A DNA stretch of 64,000 nt from Kudoa neothunni. Its lineage: Eukaryota > Animalia > Cnidaria. Made by a program: the position numbers and the translations under genes. The stretch spans positions 383,912 through 447,911 of the forward strand of contig OZ199840.1 in NCBI GenBank assembly GCA_964304625.1, given 5' to 3'. The notes below the pieces were generated by a model. It had not been told where the DNA came from. It did not search any database and was given only the letters and a program-made list of their open reading frames with translations. Below are positions 26,815 through 40,767 of the stretch, in pieces (the first letter of the stretch is position 1; each line of letters opens with the position of its first letter).

Positions 26815-28356
26815 TTAATCAGTAGCTCCTTCTACGACTTTATGATTATCTGCTTCTGCTTCTTCTTCTTCTTGACTTGTTTTATCTTCATTCCCTTGAC
26901 CTTCGCTTTGCGAGTTATCATTAGTATCTTGTGAAGTGGGCGATGTGTTGGAAGTGGTTGATGCAGGTTCTTCGTCACTTTTAGGAGCTGTAGTAGTCTC
27001 AGTAGTAGTTGCTGGGGTTGTTGTTGGTTCAGGGAAAGTAACTTCACTTACACCTACAATGCAAATGTAATTGCAAAGGTCTTCAGTTTCAAAGTTGTTC
27101 GCATTTCCACCAATTCCAGTATATGCAAATCGTTTACACGCCTTTTCTTTATCATCGTAATACCATCTTGGCAATGTGCTTGCTTCATTTCCATTACCAG
27201 GATCTTTTGGTTCACTGCATACAGTTGGAATATCGGGAAAATTGGATTCTGTTGAGTTTTCGTTAACTTTAAACATTAAATTATATAATTTATGTTAAAA
27301 AATAGAAAATTACTTGCAGGACAGGCACTAATACATTCTCCAGCTGTATCGAAATAATTTTTGGTTGAGTCTACTTCAACATCAACAGCCATCATTTGCA
27401 TACAGAGTTTATTTGCGGAATTGAAGTAATATTTAGTTGTAATATGCCCCTCGGTTGTTGGTTGGTATGCAACAGAATTGCATCTTTCATTTGCTGCTTC
27501 GCCAGCTATGTTTGTTTATTCAGTTTATTTAATTTATATATTTGAATTACTGTGACATTTTTGTTGGCATTGAGAAAATGAATCAAAGACACCCCGTGAT
27601 CCAGTTTTGTCTACTATCGCATGGACACAGGTGGACTTTTCACTGTCACGTACAATCTTTATTTCGGTTGCAGTAGCCGTATTTGAACTTAAAATTGCCC
27701 CCACTTCGCAGTCAACTTTGTTAGGTATGTTGTAAGATTCTTCAGTGGCTATTTTAAATTAAAAATAGCACAAATTAATAAAACATTACTTATGCATGTG
27801 CCCTTGCAAGCTTCTTCGCTTGGAAATGAGTATTTGGGCTCGTTACATCCTTTATATTCATATTTGTTGCAAGTTCCTGCAGCATTAGATGCTCCTTTTC
27901 TGAAGTAATATCTTTCAACTGCTGCTTTATTGCAAACATTAAATTTTCCGTTTCCATTGTCTGAAAGATCAGTTGTAGAATCGGGATTTCCATTCGCCAA
28001 GCAAGCACCAACACGACTCGCATAGTCATATTCAACTAAATTATTATAGAAATATTAAATCAAGTGTTATAATACATTCTTTGTTGCATTCTTCTAACGA
28101 CGCGAAATTATTGAAGTTTTCGCCACCAGCTCCTCTGTACAAAAAGCTTTTGCAAGTAGCTGTAGCTTTATCAACGTAATATCTGGTAGGATAAGATTTT
28201 AAATGAATTCTATGATTTTTGTCTGGATTAAAATCATATTTTGTGTCCGCTAAAATTTATTAAAGTAAGTGTTTTTATACTCAAATTACCAGTGAGATAA
28301 CAAAAAGGTATGCAGGTTGAGACAATATAGATCAACGCTTGTAGGTAAATCTTCAT
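26815..28356 (-). CDS. Secreted protein with five Kunitz/BPTI-like domains and acidic Thr-rich tail (6 exons, intact)
   Basis: Signal exon MKIYLQALIYIVSTCIPFCYLT (28356-28290). Five phase-1 introns of ~40 nt, one domain per exon: RYYVDKATATCKSFLYRGAGGENFNNFASLEEC; VCNKAAVERYY..CNKYEYKGCNEPKYSFPSEEACKGTC; DCEVG..RGVFDSFSQCQQKC; RCNSV..NYFDTAGECISAC; VCSEPKDPGNG..RWYYDDKEKACKRFAYTGIGGNANNFETEDLCNYIC. Splices without a frameshift. Confidence 0.9.
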
Positions 28357-28411
28357 GTCTTTAATTATCTAAAATTTTAATATGTGAGGAGGATTAAAAA
28401 TATGTTATATT

Positions 28412-28424
28412 ATTCATGAATGAG
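28412..28424 (-). promoter_or_regulatory. Conserved upstream motif (coding strand TCATTCAYGAAT), Initiator-like
   Basis: The same core lies 56-58 nt upstream of the ATG in four Kunitz copies (24150, 28412, 49174, 55645) and at 59681. Resembles the TCAKTY Initiator consensus; function is inference. Confidence 0.4.
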
Positions 28425-31400
28425 TTCATTAATAATTTTGGCAATAGTCGGTATCACTATTATTTTCACAATGAATCGATTAAACCTATCGTTAGAATAC
28501 ACCAATAACAAAATAGATTGGAGTCGGTCGTTAATCATTCATGTAAAATCAATATGCATCTAAATTATCATAGTTCACATTTATTATAATATTTATCGTT
28601 AAATATGTTTATTCTTTTTCTATTTTAATCTTTATAAGAACAGTGTATATCAAATGCTTAGTTTTTAGAGAAATTATAGTAATTATTAAAACGTAATCAA
28701 CAGTTTTTTTAATTATAATATTCAACGTAGATGAAATACATATTTTTCAAATCAATAATTTTGTTATATTTTTAAATCGTTTAATAAAAAATTTAACAAA
28801 GAGTACTTATCTAATATAAATTAATTAATACCATAAAATAGATGTATATATTAAATTAAAGAAAAGTTTTTATTTATTAAATTACAAGTAATTTAGTGAA
28901 TATCTCTTCATAAATCAAGAATAATTCGATAGATAATATTAATGTTCACGTGGTGTGTTTCAATTATAATATCTGCAAAACAATCTTGATATATGGTTAG
29001 CAATGGCGATTTTAGAAACGGATAAATTACGACGGTAGACCCATTTTAAGGTAATACACTCGTTAATTATGTATTCGCTTTTGTATGTATTTCAAAAATA
29101 ATTATCTGGGTGAAATTAGAGACTATGTCGAGCTTAAAACGTAAGTTTCTTTGAAAATTGATATCGTACTAGTTTTATTTATTTTATCTTTTAAATATGT
29201 ATTTAAGGTTGTTTGTTCAGTTTCTCGCTGAGTCATTTGTGGCTAATTTTCATTTAAATAAATTATATCAATATATGTAAGTGCTGTCCTTTATTTATTA
29301 AAATGGAAGAGATAATCTCTGAACTAATTAAGATAACATATTTTTATTAATACAAATATATTCATTACACAAAATATTCATTAATAAATTATTCAATAAT
29401 TTCAGTTAAAATTGGACGAAAACGTAAGGCATTTTTCATACCTAAAATATGAAAATAATTAATTTTTTCGTTTTTTCGTTATTTTTTTATCAAAAAATTA
29501 ATAATGAATTTAAGCCTATCATCCAAGTAAATGCTCTAAAACCGGGTGTAAAATTTAAAGGCAGTGGCTATTACAACGGGAGAAAATTACTCCTAAACTA
29601 ACATGTTTATAAAAATTTCAACTTCATTTTCCTAATAAACGATTTTTTCGCTAAAAAATTAAACTATTATAAAAGAAATCCAAGACAACAAATTATCTTA
29701 TTTTACGGTAATGGATTCAGTGGTTAAAAATTATTTTTAGATCCTTCACTAGCAATTTTTTTATTTATAATTGTAATTATATTTGTCCTAATTCTGAGAA
29801 ATATGGATAATGTAAAGTGAAATATCAAAACTTACTAATGTAAATTTACTGGAGTGCGCATGGTTCAGGCAGCGCTCTAACTCCTAAGATGAATAATAAT
29901 GCACTGTTTAAATAACCCCTAAAATGTTATATTTTTACTTTTTCGAGTCTAATATTTTACGTATTAAATGATCTATCTCTTCGCTATACAACGATATATT
30001 ATTTTTATCATACTGCTATTTATTTGGTTATTTATATAACTCAGAGAAAATTTTTTATTTCCATTGAGAATCGTTATTTTACACATATAATTAATTTTTT
30101 TATTTTTATTTGTTTTTTCTTTATAAAATTGCCAACAACTTTTAATGTAGACCTAGGACACTCAGCGCTCTTTATTTTAGATCAGTGGTTCTGAAACTTC
30201 TTTGCAATGGAACCCTTTAACATTACCTATAATATAATGTTACCCTTATCTAATTTAATCCATTAAGATTATTTCAACAAACCTTAATGGGTTAATATTT
30301 ATTATAAAAAAATATTTTATTTATAACACATTTGTCGAAATTGGGATAAGCAAATACATATAATAACGAAATAATTAAAAACACCGTTGCGTGTATAAAA
30401 ATGATAGTTTAAAATATGTACATCCCAAAAATATAAAATAATTCTGCAAGATAATTAGAATTTTCTGCGAAGCTAAATCCTTAAGTTAATCCTCGCGTTG
30501 TATATGATTAGTCATTAATATCGATACATCCCCGTTTAGAAACATTTTAAGTTGTTCTCACACCTACTAAACGAAATTAAATGTTTAATAGATCATAACT
30601 GTATGTAGCCAATTAAATTATTATTAAATTCTTAGAATACTATTAAGAAAAGAAAAAATTTAACTATATGAAAATCTCTTTAAATAAATTCTATTTAAAT
30701 GATGTACTCTGACTCTCGAATCTATAATTGAGTGTATAAATTTTTAATATCTGTAAAACTCTCGAAATAAAAGAAAAAAACTATTTATTCCCAAGCGTTA
30801 AGGAAATCTTTATCATATATACGCATCAAACCTAATATTCCAACATTTTGGTATCGCTAATATAATATATTCGTGAGAATTTAAAAACTTGTATTTGTAT
30901 ATTTTTCCATAGTTCCCATATTTTGTGTATTCTATTTCAATCATTATCTATTTTTGTGTTTATAGACATAATTTGTTTCAATAACAATTAAGATTCCTAG
31001 TAACTTTTCAACAAAAAGTACATATGCTGAGATTTTTGTAAATCAGCCAATATTGCCTAATTAGAAATAATTTTAATAATAAAAAAAGTTGTAAAATCAT
31101 TTAATTGTTATTTTGCCATTTTCCGATTTCATGTTTTTCATCATAATTAATGTTATTATTGACAATATTTGGAGTAGATTAAATAATTATCTCGTTCATA
31201 TTTATAAAATACAACATTTTCATAAACAAATGTTTGATGTAAATGGTTGTAATTTAGCGTTTTACATTAAATAAAACACAGCAATTTCTATAATGACTCC
31301 TCTTACATCAAACAAACACCCAAGATTTGTTGTAATAAGACAAAAATTTTTAATTTTTTTGTTTTATTTTAATTTAATTAATGATAGAAAGAAATAATGT

Positions 31401-34400
31401 GAGATTTGATGTTATATTAGTGGTAATTTCAACAGGTGTTTCTTTAAAAAAAGACGAATATCGATGAAGATATTTTAACAGAAACTGCAGTCAAATATTT
31501 CTATTCTATTAGGTTCAATATTTATAAATTCAATTCATAAGATAGGAGAGATTTTGTTAAATTATTAATAATTTTAACCTCCCATAGATTATTCCGGCCC
31601 CTTAATTATGAATGAATCTATAAGAATTCACATTTTGAATGTTCGTCGGTACTAATATACGTTGTAATAACACCATTTCAAATTTTTAAAAGAATTCAGA
31701 CGTAATAAAATTCTCATGCTAGATAATTAAAAATTTGGTATAAGTTATTTTTATTTTTTTGTTGATTATCCATATTGGAGGTCGTATTGTCGAAGTAAAG
31801 ATAAGTATGAAGAAAAAGTAGAGAATGACCTATTTTGGTGGTGTAATATCCTTGGCAGAGAGAAAAGAAGAACGACGAAAACATTCCTCTATATAGTTAG
31901 ACACGAAGTAGAAAAAAAATTTACTTCGATATAACTTTCAGCATATTGTAGCTGAGTGAACTTTATAGATAAAAATTCAAATAACTCGTTATAAAGTATT
32001 AACATTATCTGATTAATTGGGGTGTATCCCAAATTAAATAAAGCATGGATTTTTCTCTCGGAAGATGGATCACTCAAATGAGCTTCCTGGCGACAACGCG
32101 GAGCATATAAACACGATTGAAACGAAGAATGACATTAACAACAAATGATTTTACCCAAGTGAAACAAGAAAAGATGTGTTAGATATGTCATAATCTGTAA
32201 CTTTTATCATTATTGTTATTTTTACATTTGGTATCTTATTGAGTCTATATTTCGAAGGAATTATCTTGACGGAACGTAAGATGAATTTATGAGAGTCATT
32301 TGACACGTCTCGGTATATAATGTAGATTGGATTAGCGAAATTTAAGAAGTTTTATTTATTTGGGTTAAAGTCTAAATACCAATTTTTGGCTTTATAAATT
32401 GTTTGTTTTATTTCTCGACGGATTATATCAATTCATAGATAATGATTTGAGTACGACATATTTCTTTTAAATAATAAATTAATGTTTTTCAGTATCTTAA
32501 TCTTGCAAAAAAGGAGAATCCTAAACCGATTACGCCATAAATTTTGGGATATTGAGCATAAATTAATTAATGGTTTTTAATATAACATAACAGTATGAAT
32601 AAATACTATTTTCATCCAAGTTTCAATATAAGCTATGGTTTTCCGGTTTTAAGGATAGATAATATTTTACAATCCAAATGAACCATTTATTATTGGCTAA
32701 AAACCTACTTCAAAAATAAGATCTATTGATAGTTTGGGTTAGTTTTTAATGTAAAGCCTACATCCAAAATAGATGGTAACGTCCTAATTTAAAGAAATAA
32801 ATAACGCAGGCCTCATAGTCGGAGATAAGGGGAAGCATGCTATCAAAATTTAACAACAATATGATAAATGAAAATTATTGTAAAGAAATTAGATTCAATT
32901 AGCTCACATACATAATATGCCTATAAAATACAATTTAATTTAAATATAACAAAGACTATACACATTAATAGACCCTATCTTATATAAAAAACATATTTGT
33001 AAGGAAAAACTTCATGTACGATATACGATAAGGGTTTGGCCGGACACGTAAACAATGAAATTTACAAATAATTTCCTAACAAAAAAATCATTTATTATTC
33101 TCAAGTTAAACGGAAATTATAATAGATTTATTGTTGTTGATAATGTAACAGTTGAGTTAATTATACAGCATCATTCTTACGGGTAAAACTTACAAGAATT
33201 CTCATTTTTCAATATCTTACAAATAGTACATAGACAAATGAAAACCCGTAGCATTAATAACTGACCGTATAATAACTAATTTTAAGGTATATAAAGAATG
33301 AGTAACTCGAAACCTCCTTGGGGTACGTTCGGCGCACTAATTATGAGGTTATGGATTTGAGACAAATGGCGAGCAACATGAACATGTGCGAAGTTATTAT
33401 GTTTGCGCAAAGCGATGCGGTGGTTAAATGCTGTGATCTGTGGTACGCAATAGGGGATTCGAATTGGATATTATGATGTGCGGTGCAGGGGTCGGATTAA
33501 TATTTAATCTTTTATCGCGGTGCGCATGATGGGGATTATATATATTTAGAAGTTTTCCTGGATTGTATACGAGCTCCTAATATTTCTTATGGGGAAATTA
33601 AAGAATAATTTCTTTTTACAAACAAATTTCTAAGATATAATTTGAATCGAAACTTTTCTGTTGAGGGAATTTATTTATATGAGACCTTGTTCTGAATGAT
33701 GATACCAGTTGTGTTCAGTAGAATTAAAACTGTTGGCAGATACGATAAGATAAAGTGTTATCTAGCTGAACTTGCTTTCACCAATATAAAAGTATGATGA
33801 ATCATCTTTTAGTGCCCATAGAAAATTTAGAAATTTCTGAGTTGCAAAGTGATTTAAAAAAGTTCTAATCAATAACTTTGGCTCTACAGAAATCGAGTAT
33901 TATTATAGCACATGCAAATAACTTTTTCGATTAAGTTATTAAAGCGTAGCCAAAATTGTAGGAACCCCTATGTAATAATACAAATATTATACATTCAAAG
34001 AGTTCTGAAAACAGATCTTTCAAAATTCATGAGGATAGAATTGATGAATTAACTTCTGATGGGATACATGCTGTGTTCAATCTAAAATTGTCCTGAGTAA
34101 ATTTTAATAGAAGAAACCGACTCTTATTGAATCCAATTATTTTTCCCTTAATGTCACAGGAAAACTAACATTGAAACAAACAATCAAAATTCCTTGCTAT
34201 ATAAGCACAAGATTTATTCTATCATCCTCTAATCTGGCTTGGAAGATATTCAGCTTCGGTGGTTAACCTTTGACGAACTCCGCCAAAATTATTCCCCATA
34301 AATCCAGAAACGCAAATATTTCTAAAAGAAAATAAAAGATTCTGGATCTATAAAATTGTTTAGAAAGTTGTTTCATCAAATTTACAATTTATAGTTCATT

Positions 34401-35280
34401 TTTCTCTATTTTATCGTCCTGTTATTGTATTTAGTTTATGTCATATCTCGTATGTCAAAGTTTATTGTTTATCTTGACATTTTTTATTATTTATGTAAAA
34501 GCTAAAAATAAGACGAACTGCAGAAAAACCATTTTGTTTAATTTTATTTCAATTTACATTGGATTATGCGGTTTCAATAAATGTCCAAACATGCCCTGCA
34601 TAACGTAGTTCAAATTTTAGATGCTTTAGATAAAAATGTTTTATCAATAAAATATTGAACCCTTCTCCCCATGAGATTTCAAATATAATTATTCAGACAT
34701 TATTTATACCCATTAATTAACTTTTTTTAACTTAAACTTTATGTTAATGTTTTAAAATATGAAAGATTTCTTTGTTACTTTTATTTGAGACCAAAATAAC
34801 TAATGGAATATATTTATGCTAAAGTATATAAATGAAATGTAGTGATGTTGGATTTTCCCCAATAATTTTCTAATAATTGCAATTAATTGATTTTGAAAAT
34901 TTACAATTAAAATTAATTAATTAATTTTTGATCACATCCGAAGATTTTCAATCATATCTTGTCCAAATGCATCGTATTAAAACTGAAAATACGTATGAAT
35001 TGTAGGTGAAGCTTTATTGTAACAGTTACGAGGATGGATTTAATCTTGCACCAAGAAATATGATAATTAACTTAAGAGTTAATATTTGATTCATGATATT
35101 CTAAATACAGTTCATAAGAATTTAGAAAAACAATATATTCGAGATAATTTTGGAATAAGTAAAATTTGTAGAAATTAAATCAAATTAAAATAATAGGTCT
35201 AATGTTATTATTTATCGGATTTAAGTATAACCCTTACATAAAGAATGGAGACAATTTTTTCACTACGTTTTTGTAGACTA

Positions 35281-35500
35281 CAGTGGTGACCGGTTCTTTC
35301 GCAATCCCCTCGCGATCGCGTAAAAGGTACGAACTATTGATTCAAATCAATTGGTTGTTATTTTTATGGTTATGCGCAAAATGAGTAAAAATTTAATATT
35401 AAAACTTCTGGGTACATTGGTTGACGGATTCTAAGTAGTACCGATTTTATGTACTTTTTCTCGACCCCCGTCATAAATACGTAGAATCCGTCAGTCACTG
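35281..35500. mobile_element. Tc1/mariner-pogo type MITE
   Basis: Imperfect TIRs CAGTGGTGACCGGTTCT / CAGTGACTGACGGATTCT flanked by TA on both sides. Confidence 0.55.
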
Positions 35501-35899
35501 TAATATCTATTTAAAATATTTATTTTCTTGTCTTAAGTCTTAATTAATATTCCCATAACACTATGGGATTAAACTCAACAACATTATCCTACTTTTCTGA
35601 ACTATGTAGTTTAAAATATATTTTGAACTCTTGGAAATGTGACGATGCCATTTTAATTAAACAGTTTTACAGTCATTTAATTCATCTTTTTCAAATTTTT
35701 CATCATTATTGCCATGTTAAACATATTTTTCCGGGATGAGCAAACAACAAAAGTAAAAATCGGTACATTATCTCCTTCTATCTAATGCAAATTGGTAGGA
35801 AATTTTGATTGATATTTTTGTCTACACTCGGTTCTAAATGACCTTATACATTAATCAAATCATCCTCATTTTGTTTCCTAACATATAGATCTTTTTTAA

Positions 35900-36450
35900 A
35901 TGCAGCCTTTCTAAAATATTTTTTAATTGTTTCGACGGATACATCATATCAGGTCTCCATAATTAACAATAAAGTCTCATGTATATCTGGATGATGGGAT
36001 GGAAATTTAATTTAATAGAAAATTTAATTTTTTTATAATTAGCTGTAAACTAATTTATGATATCTAAATCAAAATGTTGAAGTACACTTGGAGTTTATAG
36101 AAAAAATACCAGTTTAATATGAGTAAATTCAATAGTTTGAAGACGCTTTGCGTTGTCAATAAATAATACAATTATGTTACCTTTAAGTTGTAATTTTTTA
36201 ATAAATCCATCAGGATGCAAGTAAATTCTTTGTTTAGCTATCCCCGCAACTGAATTCGCTTTGTATATGTGGATGGATTGTTTCACATTTTGGAAGTATT
36301 TGAACTTTTCGCATTTTCAATTATTAAATGAAATAATTATGCATTAACTATCTAAAAAAACCGTCGCATATTTTTTGGAAAATTTATAATTTTTGAATTC
36401 GAATTTCTTGAAATGTTACATAGCTAATTTTTAATAGTTTTACTTCAAAT
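35900..36450 (-). mobile_element. pogo/Tigger-like transposase remnant
   Basis: IIVLFIDNA...HIKLVFFL*..CTSTF*..LDI resembles the DDE_1 motif LLILDN...IKLVFLPPNCTS..QPLD; heavily decayed, boundaries approximate. Confidence 0.5.
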
Positions 36451-37696
36451 ACACAAATATCATTAATTCTTTTGTGTAAATAAAACGAAGCAGATTCGTT
36501 TACGTTAAAAATATACTATTCATCACAGTAATTCAAAATATTTTTCAATTAAGATATCCAGTCTTCAAAGTCTATAGGGTTAACATCATTGGCCTCTCCA
36601 CGAAAATTCAATCTTTTTAGAATCATTCTCTTTTTCATCTTTATACTTAGATTTGAAAATTTTATTTCCTATAGTTATAATTTCAAACGCATAATGTAAA
36701 ATTCTCTTCGAACTCATCCATTTGATCCAGCTAAATATATCTCTGTCGAGATTCTTATTTGAACTCGTCTTAAGAGATTAGCTTATCATATGTATAGTTA
36801 AGGATTCAATAGTTTCATTTTATTCCTTCAATATATATAGCTTAATGCGGAAATGGTTGGAGGTAGACGCAGAAGTACTGTGACAAATTTGGCATCAACT
36901 TCGACATGTTTTAAAAATACCTAATTATTTCGTATTTCAATTTTGATCATCTATCAACAGTCGTTACTTTATTTTCAGTCACTTGAATTATTCAAAATCT
37001 TAGACAATATTCCAAAAATCAAACTAAAAATGCGATCTACCGATTCTCATTTGCTTTTAATATCTCATATATTATACTGAATAATGGATAATATTATAAA
37101 CGATCAATTATTTTAACGTACTTGCATTTGGAACGATTCAGGGTATTGATGAGGCATATGAAAAGAATTTTCTTAAAAAACTAAGGACTGTCTGTGTTAC
37201 GAACTAGCGGTTCACTACCGTTTATTTTTAAAGACCTAATTAATCTTTATATATTCATTAGAAAAGATTTTTCTTAAAATCATAGACATCGCTAACTTAA
37301 ATTATTGATTATAATGAATGTAAAGATAATAGTGACATCTAATTAATCATTTAACTTTTAAACAGTTTTTCGATATCCCTTGTATTTAAATTAAAAATTA
37401 TTGTATATGGAAAAATGGAACACCTTTTCTAATTTTGGTTATTCAATATTTTAGCCTTTATTAAATGTTATCAATACGAAATCTATAAGATTAGTGTTGT
37501 AAAAACAAACATGGAACTTTACTTTAGATATATTAATTATTGTTAAATACTTAATGTAATTATATATATATATATGTTTGATAAAACTGATTGATTTAAT
37601 CCTAATCGTATTCATTCATTGAAAATTATTAATGATTTATACATCTTATGATTATTATTGCTCGCTCCGATATTTCCCCAGACATTCGATAAAATA

Positions 37697-39174
37697 ATGA
37701 GATCCTCACTTTATAAAATAATATACATTACATCCTTATCTTATTACCTAGCTGGTAATTACCACATTTTAGCAATAAATTTATCTACACATTAGATCCG
37801 ATTTTGCCATCCTACGAAAGAGATGAAGGAGATTGGCCTATAGATGTCGAAAAAAGCATGAGCAACGTCATCGACCGTTGGTTCATTGATATCAATGACG
37901 CTAAATGCAAACCCCTAGAATATCGAGGAATCAAGGGAAATTATAACAATTTTGCATCAAAAGGACTTTGTGAAATGCACGGTATGTCATGCATTAATAT
38001 TTTCCATATTAATGTTCTCTCAAGGTAAGTTGACCGAAAGGGAAAAACTCCAAGGATGTAAAAAACAAATGCACCCAGGACATTGCGTTAAAAATTCCAA
38101 TACAGTACAAAAATTCCACTTTAATCCAACTACTGCCAGATGTGAGGCCTTCGACTATAATGGATGTGGTGGAAGTTTTAATAGATATGAAAATGCCACT
38201 GAGTGCTATCTTTATTGTTTGAGTAAACTAACTATTCTTAATTGGAAATATTATTAAATACCCTCAATTAGACAAAAAAAATGGAGGGCTCACAAATGCT
38301 GATGACTCAAAATTAACTGATCTTGATAATAAAGATAAATATTCGGTGCCAAACACTTTGGACTGCACATTAAGACCCGACGTTAGAGATAAAGATCCAA
38401 GCACTGCCATCATTGCGGATACCAACAACAATAAGTGTGCTTTTGCGGCTGCTTCAATAGATTCGAATACAAGAGGAATATTTAACTCATTTTCTGAATG
38501 TGTCAAAACATGCTATCGTATTATAATTATTTAAATCTATGATTTTTATCCTTTTAGCTAATTCAAGCAATACCGCCATTGGTGGTGAGGTCACCAGGGA
38601 AAATAGGAAAGTTGCAGCTTGTGACAGCAATCCCTCACAAACAGCTATAACTATCACAGGAACTTCTGATAATACTATTTTCAGATACTATTATGATAAA
38701 TCAAATGATGTATGTAAAAGAATGGAAACTGGCCCCGTTTCAGGCAATGATTTCAATCCATCAAATAATAGTTTCCCTACCATGGAAATGTGTCATAGTT
38801 ATTGCGGCGCAGGTACGAATTTTTCTACGTTCTATAAAATATAAAATTGTTTATAAAGTTGATTCATATGACTTCTATTGAGTAAAATTAAGAAACTTGA
38901 AATAAATTTAGGAGGCTATAAGAAAGAGATAAAAATAGAAGAAACATGCAAATTAGGAAAATTGGGCGAAGGAAGTGATGGACCTTTTAAAGCAAACAGA
39001 TATTATTATGATTATAAAGATAAAAAGTGTATATCATTTTGTTACAAAGGATATGGTGGAAACACGAACAACTTTAAAACAAGTGCGCAATGCCAAAAAA
39101 TATGTGGAGACATTTATAATGAAGGCAAAGATGCTGAGAATGATGAGGGCGTAAAGTGTCCAAGTACCATTTGA
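37697..39174 (+). CDS. Divergent secreted five-Kunitz-domain protein (6 exons, intact, short tail)
   Basis: Signal exon MRSSLYKIIYITSLSYYLA; phase-1 introns. Domains RWFIDINDAKCKPLEYRGIKGNYNNFASKGLC; CKKQMHPGHCVK..FHFNPTTARCEAFDYNGCGGSFNRYENATECYLYC; LDCTL..RGIFNSFSECVKTC; ACDSN..RYYYDKSNDVC..NNSFPTMEMCHSYC; TCKLG..RYYYDYKDKKCISFCYKGYGGNTNNFKTSAQCQKIC. Confidence 0.9.
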
Positions 39175-40253
39175 ATATAAAAATCATAATTGATTACTTC
39201 AAGAATAAACATTAATTTTTTCACAAAATTATTCTTACTATTTTTGTAAAGAAATAAATTGATCAAATATTTTTTCAAATCGATATTAAAATCGCGCCGT
39301 ATAGTAAATACAATCAGCACATTAAACTTAAATATAAATCAATCACAAAATCTATATCTGAATTTATTTAAATCAATATTATAATATGATATCTTAGGAA
39401 CGTGAACATTTTATTTTCTAATTTAATTTTTATATACTACCTATGTCTATGCGGTTTTTATTTAATTGAAAAAGCTTAATCTATTATTTATCAATTTTTA
39501 GTTATTGGTTCTGTATTTAATGTGTATTCGATGGATATATTGTTAAAAATCAATGAATTTATTGAATGGTAGTAAAAAATGTTTTCCAATTGATCTCTAG
39601 AAAAATATTTAATGTTAAAAATGTATAACCATTTTAACATCAAAATTCTTCGGTAATTATTTTGAAATATCAACTTCAATATTTTTTGTTATATTTTTGG
39701 AAATTTTTAATTCGCAATTTCACTAATTTTATGAGGTTTGGTATTAATTGAGTCTAAGAACAACGGCACTTAGGTTTAAAACTTAATCAATCAAAAATTA
39801 ATAATTTTATACTATAAATTTTCATGTCTTCTATCTTCGAAACTAAAACATTTATCGAGCTGAAGTCATCTGATTAGAATTTTTATACCAAATGAACTTT
39901 TTCCTTAACCTTTAACAAGCATTGATTAAAATTAGTACGTCAAAAATTATCTCTAATCTACAAAGAGCATGCTCGTTGACATTGTATATGGACATCGGGA
40001 GTTATTGATGTTCAACAACCCCTATCCACATAATAGTCACCATATGACGAACTTTCGCCGGAGCGCGCTGCGCGACCTCTGGTTTAATCTGTAAACAGTT
40101 TGTAAGGATTGTTTACAGATTAAATATAGTCAAAACTAATGTCATATAAGTATTATTTATCTTACCAATAGCCATTTTCTACTATGAAAACCTATTATTA
40201 GAATCCATTACAAGAATTTATAGTTCGATATCTGATTAAATTATGCGTTTAAA

Positions 40254-40269
40254 ATATATATATATATAT

Positions 40270-40305
<36 letters not shown>
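40254..40305. repeat. Compound (TA)n(GATA)n microsatellite
   Basis: Seen directly. Confidence 0.95.
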
Positions 40306-40767
40306 TCCATTACATCTGTTTTATTGAGCATGCTGCGTCGAAAATTCGCCTTACGAATTGTGACACCCAATGTATGTTTAAACCTCTAAAGACATAGGGA
40401 TCAATATGACCACAATGTCTGATGAATTCCCCGTAACTTTGTTAGGATTCTTCTTTATTCCATAAGATTCCATCTATTCCCCTATAATTTTGTAGTGGTA
40501 ATTTCAAAGAAAAATAATAATAAAATAATGACTTTAAAATTTAAAAAAAAAAAGACTATCCTCCAAATACATTTGGATCAATATGACCCCAGATTTTTAT
40601 TTGATAAATTAGATTGATAAGTTTTTATAATCACAATGATAAAATATTTAAAAAATTCTAATGGTTAAATTTCGAGTAAAACGATATTAACCCTCGAACG
40701 ATCGATCACAAAAACGACTTAGCTCCAACGATCATTTGGGGTCGATTCGACCCCAGTATCGTTAGAG

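Noticed and set aside
30183-34200. Additional decayed hAT/pogo-like remnants
   Set aside because: Only isolated TIR-like ends and no convincing peptide motifs; boundaries unsupported.
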